DNA of 64,000 nt, from positions 15,875 to 79,874 of IMG/VR virus record IMGVR_UViG_3300031918_000730, one strand, 5' to 3'. Numbering within the stretch: the first letter of the stretch is position 1; each line of letters opens with the position of its first letter. Both the position numbers and the translations under genes were made by a program. The DNA comes from a virus. The notes beneath the pieces were generated by a model. That model ran no database searches. It was not told the DNA's origin and saw only the letters and a list, made by a program, of their open reading frames with translations. Of this stretch, positions 10,339 through 18,609 are shown in pieces.

Positions 10339-10899
10339 TTAGACAGGAATACTGGGGAACGCATTTCCGAAGTAGGTGTTGAGTCCCTTATAGACATTCT
10401 TGATCACCAATAGTTCGGACGGCACAATTAGATTAGGGAACTCGTCTAGTATGCTGATGTTATCAACATCGCTACTGTCAGTTACAAATACACATGAATA
10501 CGATTCAGTTGCGAACATATCAACATATACAGTTACGAATTTATTCAATACTGCAATAGCGTCAGCTTCTTCGTCATATGAACCTGTAATCACGTCAATC
10601 ATGAACTCACGATCCGAATCATCTCCATTACAACTGATTGACTGTAAGGCAGTCGCAACATCTGGAGAGACTAATACAGAAACGAACATTCTATTCTTGC
10701 AATCACGAACAACCGAAGCCGCAGTTACTATCTGAGTGAATATCGTCTTAAATTTCTCCTGCGACCATCTTCCCATAAATGCTTCTCCGGGAGTCACATC
10801 GAGGATTTCAGGCTCACCTGCGAATGAATTTACGATACGTCCTAGTTCGAGAACTGCGGTAGTGTGTAGATCTAGGTTTTTTTCTTTTGTAGTTGTCAT
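10339..10899 (-). CDS. truncated major-capsid-protein paralog (approximately the A-domain only)
   Basis: Shares DVTP, GRWSQEKF, VSxDVATALQS, YVDxFA and GLNxYFGNxF, in order, with the MCP at 7722-9053. Confidence 0.85.
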   Translation of the reverse strand: MTTTKEKNLDLHTTAVLELGRIVNSFAGEPEILDVTPGEAFMGRWSQEKFKTIFTQIVTAASVVRDCKNRMFVSVLVSPDVATALQSISCNGDDSDREFMIDVITGSYDEEADAIAVLNKFVTVYVDMFATESYSCVFVTDSSDVDNISILDEFPNLIVPSELLVIKNVYKGLNTYFGNAFPSIPV

Positions 10900-10905
10900 G
10901 TATAT

Positions 10906-10914
10906 ATTGTAGCA
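10906..10914 (-). promoter_or_regulatory. extended -10 promoter TGCTACAAT, leaderless
   Basis: 6 nt before the ATG at 10899. Confidence 0.7.
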
Positions 10915-10920
10915 GTCTAC

Positions 10921-10926
10921 TAAATA
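10921..10926 (+). promoter_or_regulatory. late promoter (CTAAATA), leaderless
   Basis: 5 nt before ATG 10932. Confidence 0.7.
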
Positions 10927-10931
10927 TTGGA

Positions 10932-11687
10932 ATGTTCATTTCAAGAGATCAGGCTAAGGAATTAATTTTGTTGGAGTTGGGCGCTCCGATGGTGGATATT
11001 AATCTGAAGCTACTTCCAGATGCAATTAGCCCAATGAATCATCTAGACAAGGCTATCAATGAGACACTCGACCTATTCTTCAGATATAATACTGACGAGT
11101 CAGTGTATCAGACTTGGATAGTAATACCTGCAGTCCCAAATCAGTCGATATATAAGGTACCTCAGAACATTGAAGGTGTCGTGGAAATGTGGCCTTCTAC
11201 TGGAGGTATTCTACAATCACCGTTTATGATGGTCGACACTAGTTCAATGGAAACACTGATCTCACTGAACGCCAACTTTAACGAGTGGGACATTGTATCA
11301 TATACTGCATCTAGACTGTTCCTTGCCGAAGTAAACAAGGCAGTAGGTGAACAATTCTACCCTAAGCTAATCGTTAATGCGCAAGGTGAAAAGGAACTTC
11401 ATATCTTCCCTCCACCTCGCAACACTGGATTCCCTAGGGCAATAGTCGGTAGGGCATATCGAAGAGCAGAATTAGGTAGCGTATACGGCCACCCATTCTT
11501 CGTGAAGATCGCATCCGGTCTTCTGATGCAGATTTGGGGTCGTTCGTTGGGTAAGTTTAGTAGGACTATGCCCGGAGGTGGAACTGTAAATGCATCTGAC
11601 ATCAAGAATGACGGTAAGGAACTATTCGATACTTGGTTCACAATGCTAAGGAACGAGTCGGCACCTCCCCTAGGGGCGGCGTACTAA
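10932..11687 (+). CDS. gp13: neck/head-completion protein (T4 gp13-like); start revised to 10932
   Basis: LILLELGAPMVDINL, QIWGRSLGKF and MPGGGTVNA match gp13 motifs. Confidence 0.88.
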   Translation: MFISRDQAKELILLELGAPMVDINLKLLPDAISPMNHLDKAINETLDLFFRYNTDESVYQTWIVIPAVPNQSIYKVPQNIEGVVEMWPSTGGILQSPFMMVDTSSMETLISLNANFNEWDIVSYTASRLFLAEVNKAVGEQFYPKLIVNAQGEKELHIFPPPRNTGFPRAIVGRAYRRAELGSVYGHPFFVKIASGLLMQIWGRSLGKFSRTMPGGGTVNASDIKNDGKELFDTWFTMLRNESAPPLGAAY

Positions 11688-12046
11688 GCGCACTGACTGA
11701 ATTCTAGAATGTCAATATAGTAGCGTTCTTCGCCTATTTTCGAAAAGATGGTATACTTGCCATCTTTTTTTATTACCTGCGGGTTCTTATGTTTCTTCAA
11801 TGTCAGTTCATATGCGAACTTCTCGAACTCTTCAGGTGAACTCACCTCAGTTTCGAGTTGTTGCTTCTTAGTCATCCCACCTTCAATCATACTGAAGGCC
11901 ATTCCGGCCACCATAGTCTGGGTACTATACTTGACGACTTTTTTGCGAGATCCGATGTGCTTTGCGGTTTTGAGATCATTCGCCGCAATCATTCTATTTC
12001 TTACACTGTCTGCGCTCTTACCTGTATATCCAGAAAGTTCTATCAC
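11684..12046 (-). CDS. hypothetical protein co-transcribed with the sigma factor
   Basis: 120 aa; GTG start abuts the sigma stop codon. Confidence 0.55.
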   Translation of the reverse strand: MIELSGYTGKSADSVRNRMIAANDLKTAKHIGSRKKVVKYSTQTMVAGMAFSMIEGGMTKKQQLETEVSSPEEFEKFAYELTLKKHKNPQVIKKDGKYTIFSKIGEERYYIDILEFSQCA

Positions 12047-13273
12047 TTAAAACTCCAAATTAGAATGTGATTCCCAGCCAGTGTCGATAGCATATGCGTC
12101 GAGTAGAGTCTTATTCTTACCTAGAACCTTCTTCAGGTTTGCAATTGCCTTCTTGCGAATCCTGTCATATTCATTTGGTTGAATATTCAACTCAGTGATG
12201 ATTTCTTCCTTACTCTTAATCTCACTACGGGGGTTTATCCCGAAGTGATACTTCAAGTAATACTGTTCGGCGTCATTGTTCACAGATTCAACGTAATTAC
12301 GGATCAACGATCTCAGGTCTTTGATTGTGACGTTGTCGGACTCGTCGATGATGTAATTGTCGATGAGGTTATCTTCGAAGGAGGCACCTACCGATTGCTG
12401 GTTCTTATGTTCGTGGAACCTAGCGTCAGTGTCGATCTGATAGTAAGCGAAGGACACATCAAGATTAGAAAGGCTAGATACCTTCTTCTTCATATGAACA
12501 ATTATCTCTTCTTCCATCGGATCTCTATTGAGCCTATGTCGTAGTTCCTTGCGGATTTTCTCGACTTCCTTAGCCTGCTCCCGGACATTGACAGGTATTC
12601 TGATTAGTGAATCCTTGTCGGCGATAGCCCTATTGATAGACGCTTTGATCCATTGAGATGCGTAGGTGCTGAATTTGATACCTAGGCTACAATTGAAGAG
12701 TTCGATTGCCCTGCGAAGACCTAGAGTGCCCTCGGAGAACAAGTCTTTCACTGTCAAATCTACAGTGTTCTTATACGACGACAATATTCGGAGTATGATT
12801 TTCACGTTCGACAGGTATATCTTGTCAATATGGTACTGCATGTCCTTCTGCATGACGTTGAAAATCATGTTCGGGGTTCCATTTGACTCGTATGCGGTCA
12901 GGACTTCACGGTAGATGTCGTATGATACATTGAAGTTGTCGGAGTATTCAATGATCTGCTCCCTTGTCATGTCAGCGATAGATGAAACAAACGACAAAGT
13001 CATCTTAGAGTTGTAGTCGTAGTCCTCTGCGCAGACAAAGGTGTCTGTCATGAATGCTTCATGTGCATTGCCAGTGGCAATGAGGTGCGTTACCACTTGC
13101 AGGAACTTGGCGAATGCAGTGTCATCTGCGAGACAGCTACGGAAGATCCTGTTCTTGGTCGCGTTGATATTGGAAAATACGAAAAATTCCTGCTCCTTGA
13201 GCAGAATTGGATTTCTAGCGACAGTGTTTTCCAACGAACTCTTGAGTTCGTTGAACTCTACTAGGAAGGCCAT
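12047..13273 (-). CDS. phage-encoded RpoD/sigma70-family sigma factor
   Basis: Region 2: DLFSEGTLGLRRAIELF...GIKFSTYASQWIKASINRAIAD. Region 3.0: LIRIPVN. Region 4 is degenerate. Confidence 0.92.
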   Translation of the reverse strand: MAFLVEFNELKSSLENTVARNPILLKEQEFFVFSNINATKNRIFRSCLADDTAFAKFLQVVTHLIATGNAHEAFMTDTFVCAEDYDYNSKMTLSFVSSIADMTREQIIEYSDNFNVSYDIYREVLTAYESNGTPNMIFNVMQKDMQYHIDKIYLSNVKIILRILSSYKNTVDLTVKDLFSEGTLGLRRAIELFNCSLGIKFSTYASQWIKASINRAIADKDSLIRIPVNVREQAKEVEKIRKELRHRLNRDPMEEEIIVHMKKKVSSLSNLDVSFAYYQIDTDARFHEHKNQQSVGASFEDNLIDNYIIDESDNVTIKDLRSLIRNYVESVNNDAEQYYLKYHFGINPRSEIKSKEEIITELNIQPNEYDRIRKKAIANLKKVLGKNKTLLDAYAIDTGWESHSNLEF

Positions 13274-13302
13274 TAAAACTCCATTTCGGGCGAACTAGAG
13301 AA

Positions 13303-13893
13303 TCAAAATACCTTCGGGAAAATAGCCTCCATCAACTTGGTCAGGCCACCGAAGCGCACGCTCTCCGACTTATTCCTAAAGTAATTTAAGGTCTGCGCAT
13401 CTGTCAACCCCATAATGAAAGAAGTGTCGATGTATAGCGACACCACCTCAGAAATTCGCTTCTCGAAACTCAAGTCGTCGGAGTCGAGAGAGCTAGGGTT
13501 GTCGAAGCGTTCAGATATTACCTGTAGGAATCTGGTTGTCGAGTTAATGATCGCTTCTTGAGATTCGTCATTTAGAGTGTTCACTTCATCTACGTCGACG
13601 AGTTCGACCTCAATGTCGTTGTCTTTACTGTATTTCACAAATACGTCTAAGAAATACGAGCAACCATTAAGATATGCTTCAATCTGCGCCCCGAAGATTT
13701 CACCGTAGATCTTCTGGGCTTTGTCGTTCTTATCGTCGTCTTCTACGAATGAACTACATTCTCCGATGATGTACTCTGAGAGCTTCTCCTTCACTTCCTG
13801 AAAATCCACCCCGACCTGAAGCATCGCGATTGAGATCTTGTTGGATGAATCTGCGTACTCTTCTTCTGTCAGTGGATTATCTTCATTGCTCAT
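13303..13893 (-). CDS. acidic hypothetical protein; start revised to 13893 (MSNEDNP)
   Basis: TGCTACAAT box 7 nt upstream; the longer ORF-track start overlaps the divergent gene. Confidence 0.65.
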   Translation of the reverse strand: MSNEDNPLTEEEYADSSNKISIAMLQVGVDFQEVKEKLSEYIIGECSSFVEDDDKNDKAQKIYGEIFGAQIEAYLNGCSYFLDVFVKYSKDNDIEVELVDVDEVNTLNDESQEAIINSTTRFLQVISERFDNPSSLDSDDLSFEKRISEVVSLYIDTSFIMGLTDAQTLNYFRNKSESVRFGGLTKLMEAIFPKVF

Positions 13894-13900
13894 ATTTTTG

Positions 13901-13909
13901 ATTGTAGCA
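13901..13909 (-). promoter_or_regulatory. extended -10 promoter of the sigma operon
   Basis: TGCTACAAT on the minus strand. Confidence 0.7.
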
Positions 13910-13928
13910 CTCAATCTTAAGTTTCGAA

Positions 13929-13934
13929 TAAATA
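13929..13934 (+). promoter_or_regulatory. late promoter, leaderless
   Basis: ATAAATA, then 5 nt, then GTG 13940. Confidence 0.6.
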
Positions 13935-13939
13935 TCAAA

Positions 13940-14554
13940 GTGATTGATCTATTAGATGTGGTGCTCGTGAAGTACACTGGCCTCAGCGGTCGCGCCACTG
14001 AAGTAAACAGCATATCCTACAAGACTGTGGATTCCGCCACATACCTTGACAGTATAGATTCGATCAACTATGCTGTTAGATCACCATATGGTACAAGACC
14101 AAAAAATCTATCATACGAAAACTGGATAAAATTCAAGCTAAGGGTTAATCGGAAGTATAGGAAATGCCTCAAAGGCACTGCTATGCAACTTCCATGTGTT
14201 GACCTCGGATGCGACGACATGCAAGTGTATACTAAGATCAAGAACGTGAAACTATGGATTAAGTTCCAATGTTTCGTAGACTATGAAGTCAAGTATGCGT
14301 TCGCTAAGGAATATACTGCACCAGTCAGAACAGATAGCTCAATTGCAGTGAATAACATTAGGGCAATTCAGAACCCAAAATACAACAGTGAATATGTAGT
14401 CGAGATCCCAATTGGAAATCAAGACGGTGAAATGTTACTAGGTGAACTAGACTTGTATGAGAGTGACTTTTTCGTCTCGCAATTAATTGCGTATAAGGGA
14501 TGTCAGTTTCAGAATAGCATTATGAAGGTCTGCATCCACTACGACTTAGCTTAA
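13940..14554 (+). CDS. hypothetical late (structural?) protein; start revised to GTG 13940
   Basis: In-frame GTG at the same spacing from TAAATA as other late genes. Confidence 0.55.
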   Translation: MIDLLDVVLVKYTGLSGRATEVNSISYKTVDSATYLDSIDSINYAVRSPYGTRPKNLSYENWIKFKLRVNRKYRKCLKGTAMQLPCVDLGCDDMQVYTKIKNVKLWIKFQCFVDYEVKYAFAKEYTAPVRTDSSIAVNNIRAIQNPKYNSEYVVEIPIGNQDGEMLLGELDLYESDFFVSQLIAYKGCQFQNSIMKVCIHYDLA

Positions 14555-15798
14555 CTCTCTTGTGTTCTAGCAGTACCGAGGGTAGCTTTAATGTCGGCAA
14601 TATTACTCTGAACCACATTGGTAGGTTCTTTTGCGAGTATCGACCTTCCGGTGGAGTTGTTTATTTCAGTGCCACTATTAAGTAAGCTCTGAACTCCCTT
14701 AGACACTACAGCCCTGTTCATTCCTGATTCAAACGCCTCAAGTGCCTTCTGCTTAACTGCACCTCCGCCTATGCGATCAAGCTCGTCGTATATGACCTTG
14801 TTGGAGGCTAGGAGGCCGTTAATGATTCCCATGAGGTATTCGTTAGTGGAAGCCTGCATGACGCTAAAAAGGCCCTCTGAGCCTCCTAGAACGTCTATCA
14901 GAGAATCCCTTATGGCAACAGCCAATGCAGTACCTTTCCGTCTTGCGGCAAATGGCACGCCTCTCAATGCACTCGCAGGTACAGTGTCGGCAATATCACC
15001 GTGTCCGTTGGCTTTCAGGTTCTTGTAGATCCTTTCAACCACTGTTTGACTGAAGCAGTCACTTACATTGCTATCAGGCCCTACGTTCAATATTCCATAG
15101 TCAAATGGGAACGAAGGTACGGCGGCACTCTTGAACTTGATGGTTATCACTTTCCCGCTTAGGGTTGCCAATTCAGCATTCAAGTATTGATTAGTAGTCA
15201 ACATCGACGCGATGAGGGCTAATGTAAGATCTACAGATATAGTAGTTTCAGTAAGGTCGATGTCTAACGAAAGACCCTTCTGATAATTATCAGCTAACGG
15301 TAATTCCCAGACGTACCCTACTAAAGCAAGTGCAGTCTTTATGTTCTCATAGTCAAACTGGAATAGGTAATAATCGCCGAACTTACCATTCAAGCTAGGA
15401 TGTGTCTTTTTTAGGACCGTTGACGAATCTGCAGTTGATTGTGTAATTGTAGGTCCATTGAAGAACCCAGCACCTGCTGAACTGTCTGCCTTAGCCACAG
15501 GGCTTGCGCTTCTAGCTACAGCAACTGAACCAAAATCAAACAGTGGATTTAGTTCTTTTAGTTTATTGAGTCCATTCGTCGCATGGTCTTCAGGTCTTAC
15601 ATATGCCTTGCTCAATTTCGAGCCGTGCGGTAGGTATGGACTAATGTCATCCCAGAAACTAAACAGTTGCTCGGTCACATATACACCAACTGGTATGTCC
15701 AGTGGCGATTCTAGTGGGTAGTTAATCAGTAATTTACTGTACTCGGCCTGAATTGCAGATACTGTAGTATCTGAGGTCGATGGAGGTGTTATCAACAT
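14551..15798 (-). CDS. hypothetical late (structural?) protein
   Basis: 415 aa; GTAAATA 5 nt upstream (TAAATA at 15804-15809). Confidence 0.6.
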   Translation of the reverse strand: MLITPPSTSDTTVSAIQAEYSKLLINYPLESPLDIPVGVYVTEQLFSFWDDISPYLPHGSKLSKAYVRPEDHATNGLNKLKELNPLFDFGSVAVARSASPVAKADSSAGAGFFNGPTITQSTADSSTVLKKTHPSLNGKFGDYYLFQFDYENIKTALALVGYVWELPLADNYQKGLSLDIDLTETTISVDLTLALIASMLTTNQYLNAELATLSGKVITIKFKSAAVPSFPFDYGILNVGPDSNVSDCFSQTVVERIYKNLKANGHGDIADTVPASALRGVPFAARRKGTALAVAIRDSLIDVLGGSEGLFSVMQASTNEYLMGIINGLLASNKVIYDELDRIGGGAVKQKALEAFESGMNRAVVSKGVQSLLNSGTEINNSTGRSILAKEPTNVVQSNIADIKATLGTARTQES

Positions 15799-15806
15799 GA
15801 TTGTAT

Positions 15807-17483
15807 TTACTCGTCTTCCAGTTCAGCGTCTTCGTTGGTATACGACAGGTCAAGTCCGTCGATGGAAATGCCATTGAACGAGAACGTCTTGTCAATGGTG
15901 TGTATTTCCTGAGGATAGTCTTCCTCGTAGTAGAATTCTTCGCGAGTATAGAAGTGCCTCGCTAGATTAGAACGGTACTCCACATCGTGCTTAGCTCTGT
16001 TCGAATAATGCACATCCTCGATACAGTGATGAAGGTCGAATATTCTGGCAAGTGTCTTTGACTTGTGTAGTCGAAGACTTCGTCCAATTGACTGTAATAT
16101 TAGAGTATAGGATGCACACGATGCACCGAAAATCACATTATGTAGATTCTTCATGTTAAGACCAGTGCCGAAGGTCTTATATGTAGCGACGACTATGATT
16201 CCAGCCTTTGATTCGAGGTCGGCTAGAATCCGCTCTCGTTCAGTCATGGAGATCTCACCATACGCCATCCTAATATCATAGTCAGGGTGGAGTTTCTTTA
16301 GCATTTCTGCCATCTCCTCCACTTCCTTATTGGCGATGAACTTCATTAGGATGAGAGTATTCTGATCCTTGGTAATGACTTCATCCCTTATTAGGGTATG
16401 TACTGCATATTGCGCAGACTTAGTGAGTCTCGCGAGTTCATACTCGGCCTTGGAAGGGATTTTCTTCTTCCTGCATAGTTCAATGGTGTACTTATCATAC
16501 GGAATTTTGACCTCTACGATACTAGCCATGGAAAGTTCTCCACGGTCTATTAGCTCCTTAGAGGAAATGACATGTCTAATGTCTCCGAAATTACCTACGA
16601 TTACTTTCTGGTTGAGAATGTTTCGTGGTATAGTTCCGGTCAGTCCAAATCTATACTCTGCATTGCAACATGCACCTACAACTCTATTGATGACGGCATG
16701 GTCATTTTTTGCAGTATGAAGTTCGTCGACAATGAGGCAGTCGAAACGCTTGAAATACTCCTCGAAGGTCTTCTTTTCTAGCATAGTCCCCATGGACTGC
16801 CAAGTACTAATCAATATTGGCTTCCTAATAGCCTCTTTCTTTTCCTTGATTGTGAAATCTGAATGATACATTCCAACATATTCACCTAGATCCTTCCAAT
16901 AATAGTCATCCCTGAAATTACGGAACAATTGATTTACGAGGTTAATATTAGGTACTAGGATGAGGATATTCATATCCTGCTTAATGATCCTACGAAGGAA
17001 TCTAACTATCATATAGATGGCAAGACTCTTACCTGCACCAGTCGCGGCACGGAATGACGATCTCTTATATGCTAGAGAAAGTTCTAGTATCTTCTGTTGA
17101 TAGTCTCTAGGATTCAATCCACATGCTTCACCAATCGCTTTACAGAATGAGGCAATTAGTTCGCTATAGTCCTCTGTCGATGAAAAAGATGAGACTATTT
17201 CAGGATCTACCTGAACATTCCATCCAAACTTTCTGAGACTCTGAACTCCCTCTCTAACTAGACCTAATGGAATTAAACTAGGCAGTATCTTGTATAGCCT
17301 AATCTTTCCATCATACTTAGTGAAGCGTCTTTTCTGAAACCTAGGATCGAACATGAATCCTTCAGGTCTTAATGCAAATAGATTATCTAAAGTCACATAT
17401 GGACTCTGCTTATATGGGTCTTCTGGAGTTGGTTGCCAAATTACCTTTGCATGAGAGTTATTGAGCTTCTTAAAAATTACCAT
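15807..17483 (-). CDS. uvsW: SF2 DNA helicase UvsW-like
   Basis: PRDYQ, ATGAGKS, DELH, GLTGT, QSIGRSLR. Confidence 0.92.
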   Translation of the reverse strand: MVIFKKLNNSHAKVIWQPTPEDPYKQSPYVTLDNLFALRPEGFMFDPRFQKRRFTKYDGKIRLYKILPSLIPLGLVREGVQSLRKFGWNVQVDPEIVSSFSSTEDYSELIASFCKAIGEACGLNPRDYQQKILELSLAYKRSSFRAATGAGKSLAIYMIVRFLRRIIKQDMNILILVPNINLVNQLFRNFRDDYYWKDLGEYVGMYHSDFTIKEKKEAIRKPILISTWQSMGTMLEKKTFEEYFKRFDCLIVDELHTAKNDHAVINRVVGACCNAEYRFGLTGTIPRNILNQKVIVGNFGDIRHVISSKELIDRGELSMASIVEVKIPYDKYTIELCRKKKIPSKAEYELARLTKSAQYAVHTLIRDEVITKDQNTLILMKFIANKEVEEMAEMLKKLHPDYDIRMAYGEISMTERERILADLESKAGIIVVATYKTFGTGLNMKNLHNVIFGASCASYTLILQSIGRSLRLHKSKTLARIFDLHHCIEDVHYSNRAKHDVEYRSNLARHFYTREEFYYEEDYPQEIHTIDKTFSFNGISIDGLDLSYTNEDAELEDE

Positions 17484-18052
17484 TGCATGTTATTCTTAAT
17501 TCTCAATATATTTATTGCGTTACTTATTCTATATGAGATTGAATCGATTCTAGCCATAGCTTTTTCAATGACAGAAAGAACAGCACGAATGTTATTGATC
17601 TTCTCCTCTAACTCAATATGCTCAGGATTGATAGTGATGAGGTTTTTGATTTCCTTATCATTTAGAAGAACTCCATTATGGACCTCTGGATTCCTCTTAT
17701 ATTCTTGAGTGATGAGAGCCTCTAGAGCTAATAGCTTCTTGGTATTCTTTTCCAAGAATCGATTATACTCATTATGTCTACGGACCCATTTAGACTCAAT
17801 GATGTTTATACTAGCATTGTAGTTATATAGAAGGTCTAGATCAGTAGGTACTGCGGTATCTTCCTCAAACTCATTCATCAGTTGCGTGACTGTGTGAGTC
17901 TGGTTTCTCTCGAACTCTATGATCGATGGAGATGAGAATTTCAGGTTTAGCTCTACAGTTATGCCTGCTCTGATCTCGTTGTAGGTAGCTGGAGCCTTGA
18001 GTTCTACTTCACCCTTATGCACCTTAGATCTAGTTTTCTTTTCCGTTTCCAT
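17477..18052 (-). CDS. uvsY: recombination mediator UvsY-like
   Basis: Helical protein next to uvsW; C-terminal IDSISYRISNAINI resembles the UvsY C-terminus. Confidence 0.55.
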   Translation of the reverse strand: METEKKTRSKVHKGEVELKAPATYNEIRAGITVELNLKFSSPSIIEFERNQTHTVTQLMNEFEEDTAVPTDLDLLYNYNASINIIESKWVRRHNEYNRFLEKNTKKLLALEALITQEYKRNPEVHNGVLLNDKEIKNLITINPEHIELEEKINNIRAVLSVIEKAMARIDSISYRISNAINILRIKNNMQW

Positions 18053-18058
18053 ATCTCT

Positions 18059-18067
18059 ATTTTAGCA
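18059..18067 (-). promoter_or_regulatory. extended -10 promoter TGCTAAAAT, leaderless
   Basis: 6 nt before the ATG at 18052. Confidence 0.65.
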
Positions 18068-18079
18068 TTAATGATGCTT

Positions 18080-18541
18080 CGCTAGATAGTCTAGTTTGTC
18101 TAGGTGAGCCTCACACTGGAGAAACTCTCAGTCTTTCTTAGCTTTAGATATTTTTATTTTTCATTTTTCTTTTTGAGAGATTTCTCTTTTCAATCTATAA
18201 AAATCTAAATGAGCCTATAAGAGACTGTCATAGACTCTCGCAGGCGCACCTCCTCCAATTCCCCCTAACCCCATAAGCCAACATTTCGAGTTTTGTTGGA
18301 AGGTTAGAAGTACTTGTCCCCGCATACGCAAACGCTAAACTCAGCTTGCGCACCCGTTCCCCCTCGAAGATTCACTGAATGGGTTTTACCCTGAGGCATT
18401 TCTCTTCCCTCACATCCAGCGCACTAGCATTCCCAGCACAAAAATCCATAGAATTCTCGACTGCAATGATCTCCGTAGCGTCACATGGCCTGCCTCATCG
18501 GCTATGGTATCCCCTGCTCCATGCAACTCAGACTTTCATCT
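18080..18541 (-). ncRNA. putative structured non-coding RNA or R-loop replication origin
   Basis: No minus-strand ORF of 60 aa or more; minus-strand TGCTAAGAT promoter at 18548-18556; nested stems, a G-tract and a downstream AT-rich block. Confidence 0.45.
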
Positions 18542-18582
18542 GTCAGTATCTTAGCAGGATTTTTCTACATACTAGCGTAAAT

Positions 18583-18591
18583 TGCTACAAT
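18583..18591 (+). promoter_or_regulatory. extended -10 promoter TGCTACAAT (leadered)
   Basis: Followed by AAGGAG SD and ATG 18610. Confidence 0.7.
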
Positions 18592-18609
18592 CAAGGTAAA
18601 GGAGAACAC

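Noticed and set aside
10339-10899. Calling the capsid paralog a gp24 vertex protein or a pseudogene
   Set aside because: It is too short for an HK97 fold and has no late promoter, yet the ORF is intact with a cleanly positioned promoter.
13838-14013. Apparent overlap of two divergent ORFs
   Set aside because: It disappears once the starts are moved to 13893(-) and 13940(+), each supported by a promoter box.
18379-18609. N-terminal extension of the phosphoesterase in the ORF track
   Set aside because: The promoter at 18583 and AAGGAG SD point to ATG 18610; the extension runs through the structured non-coding region.
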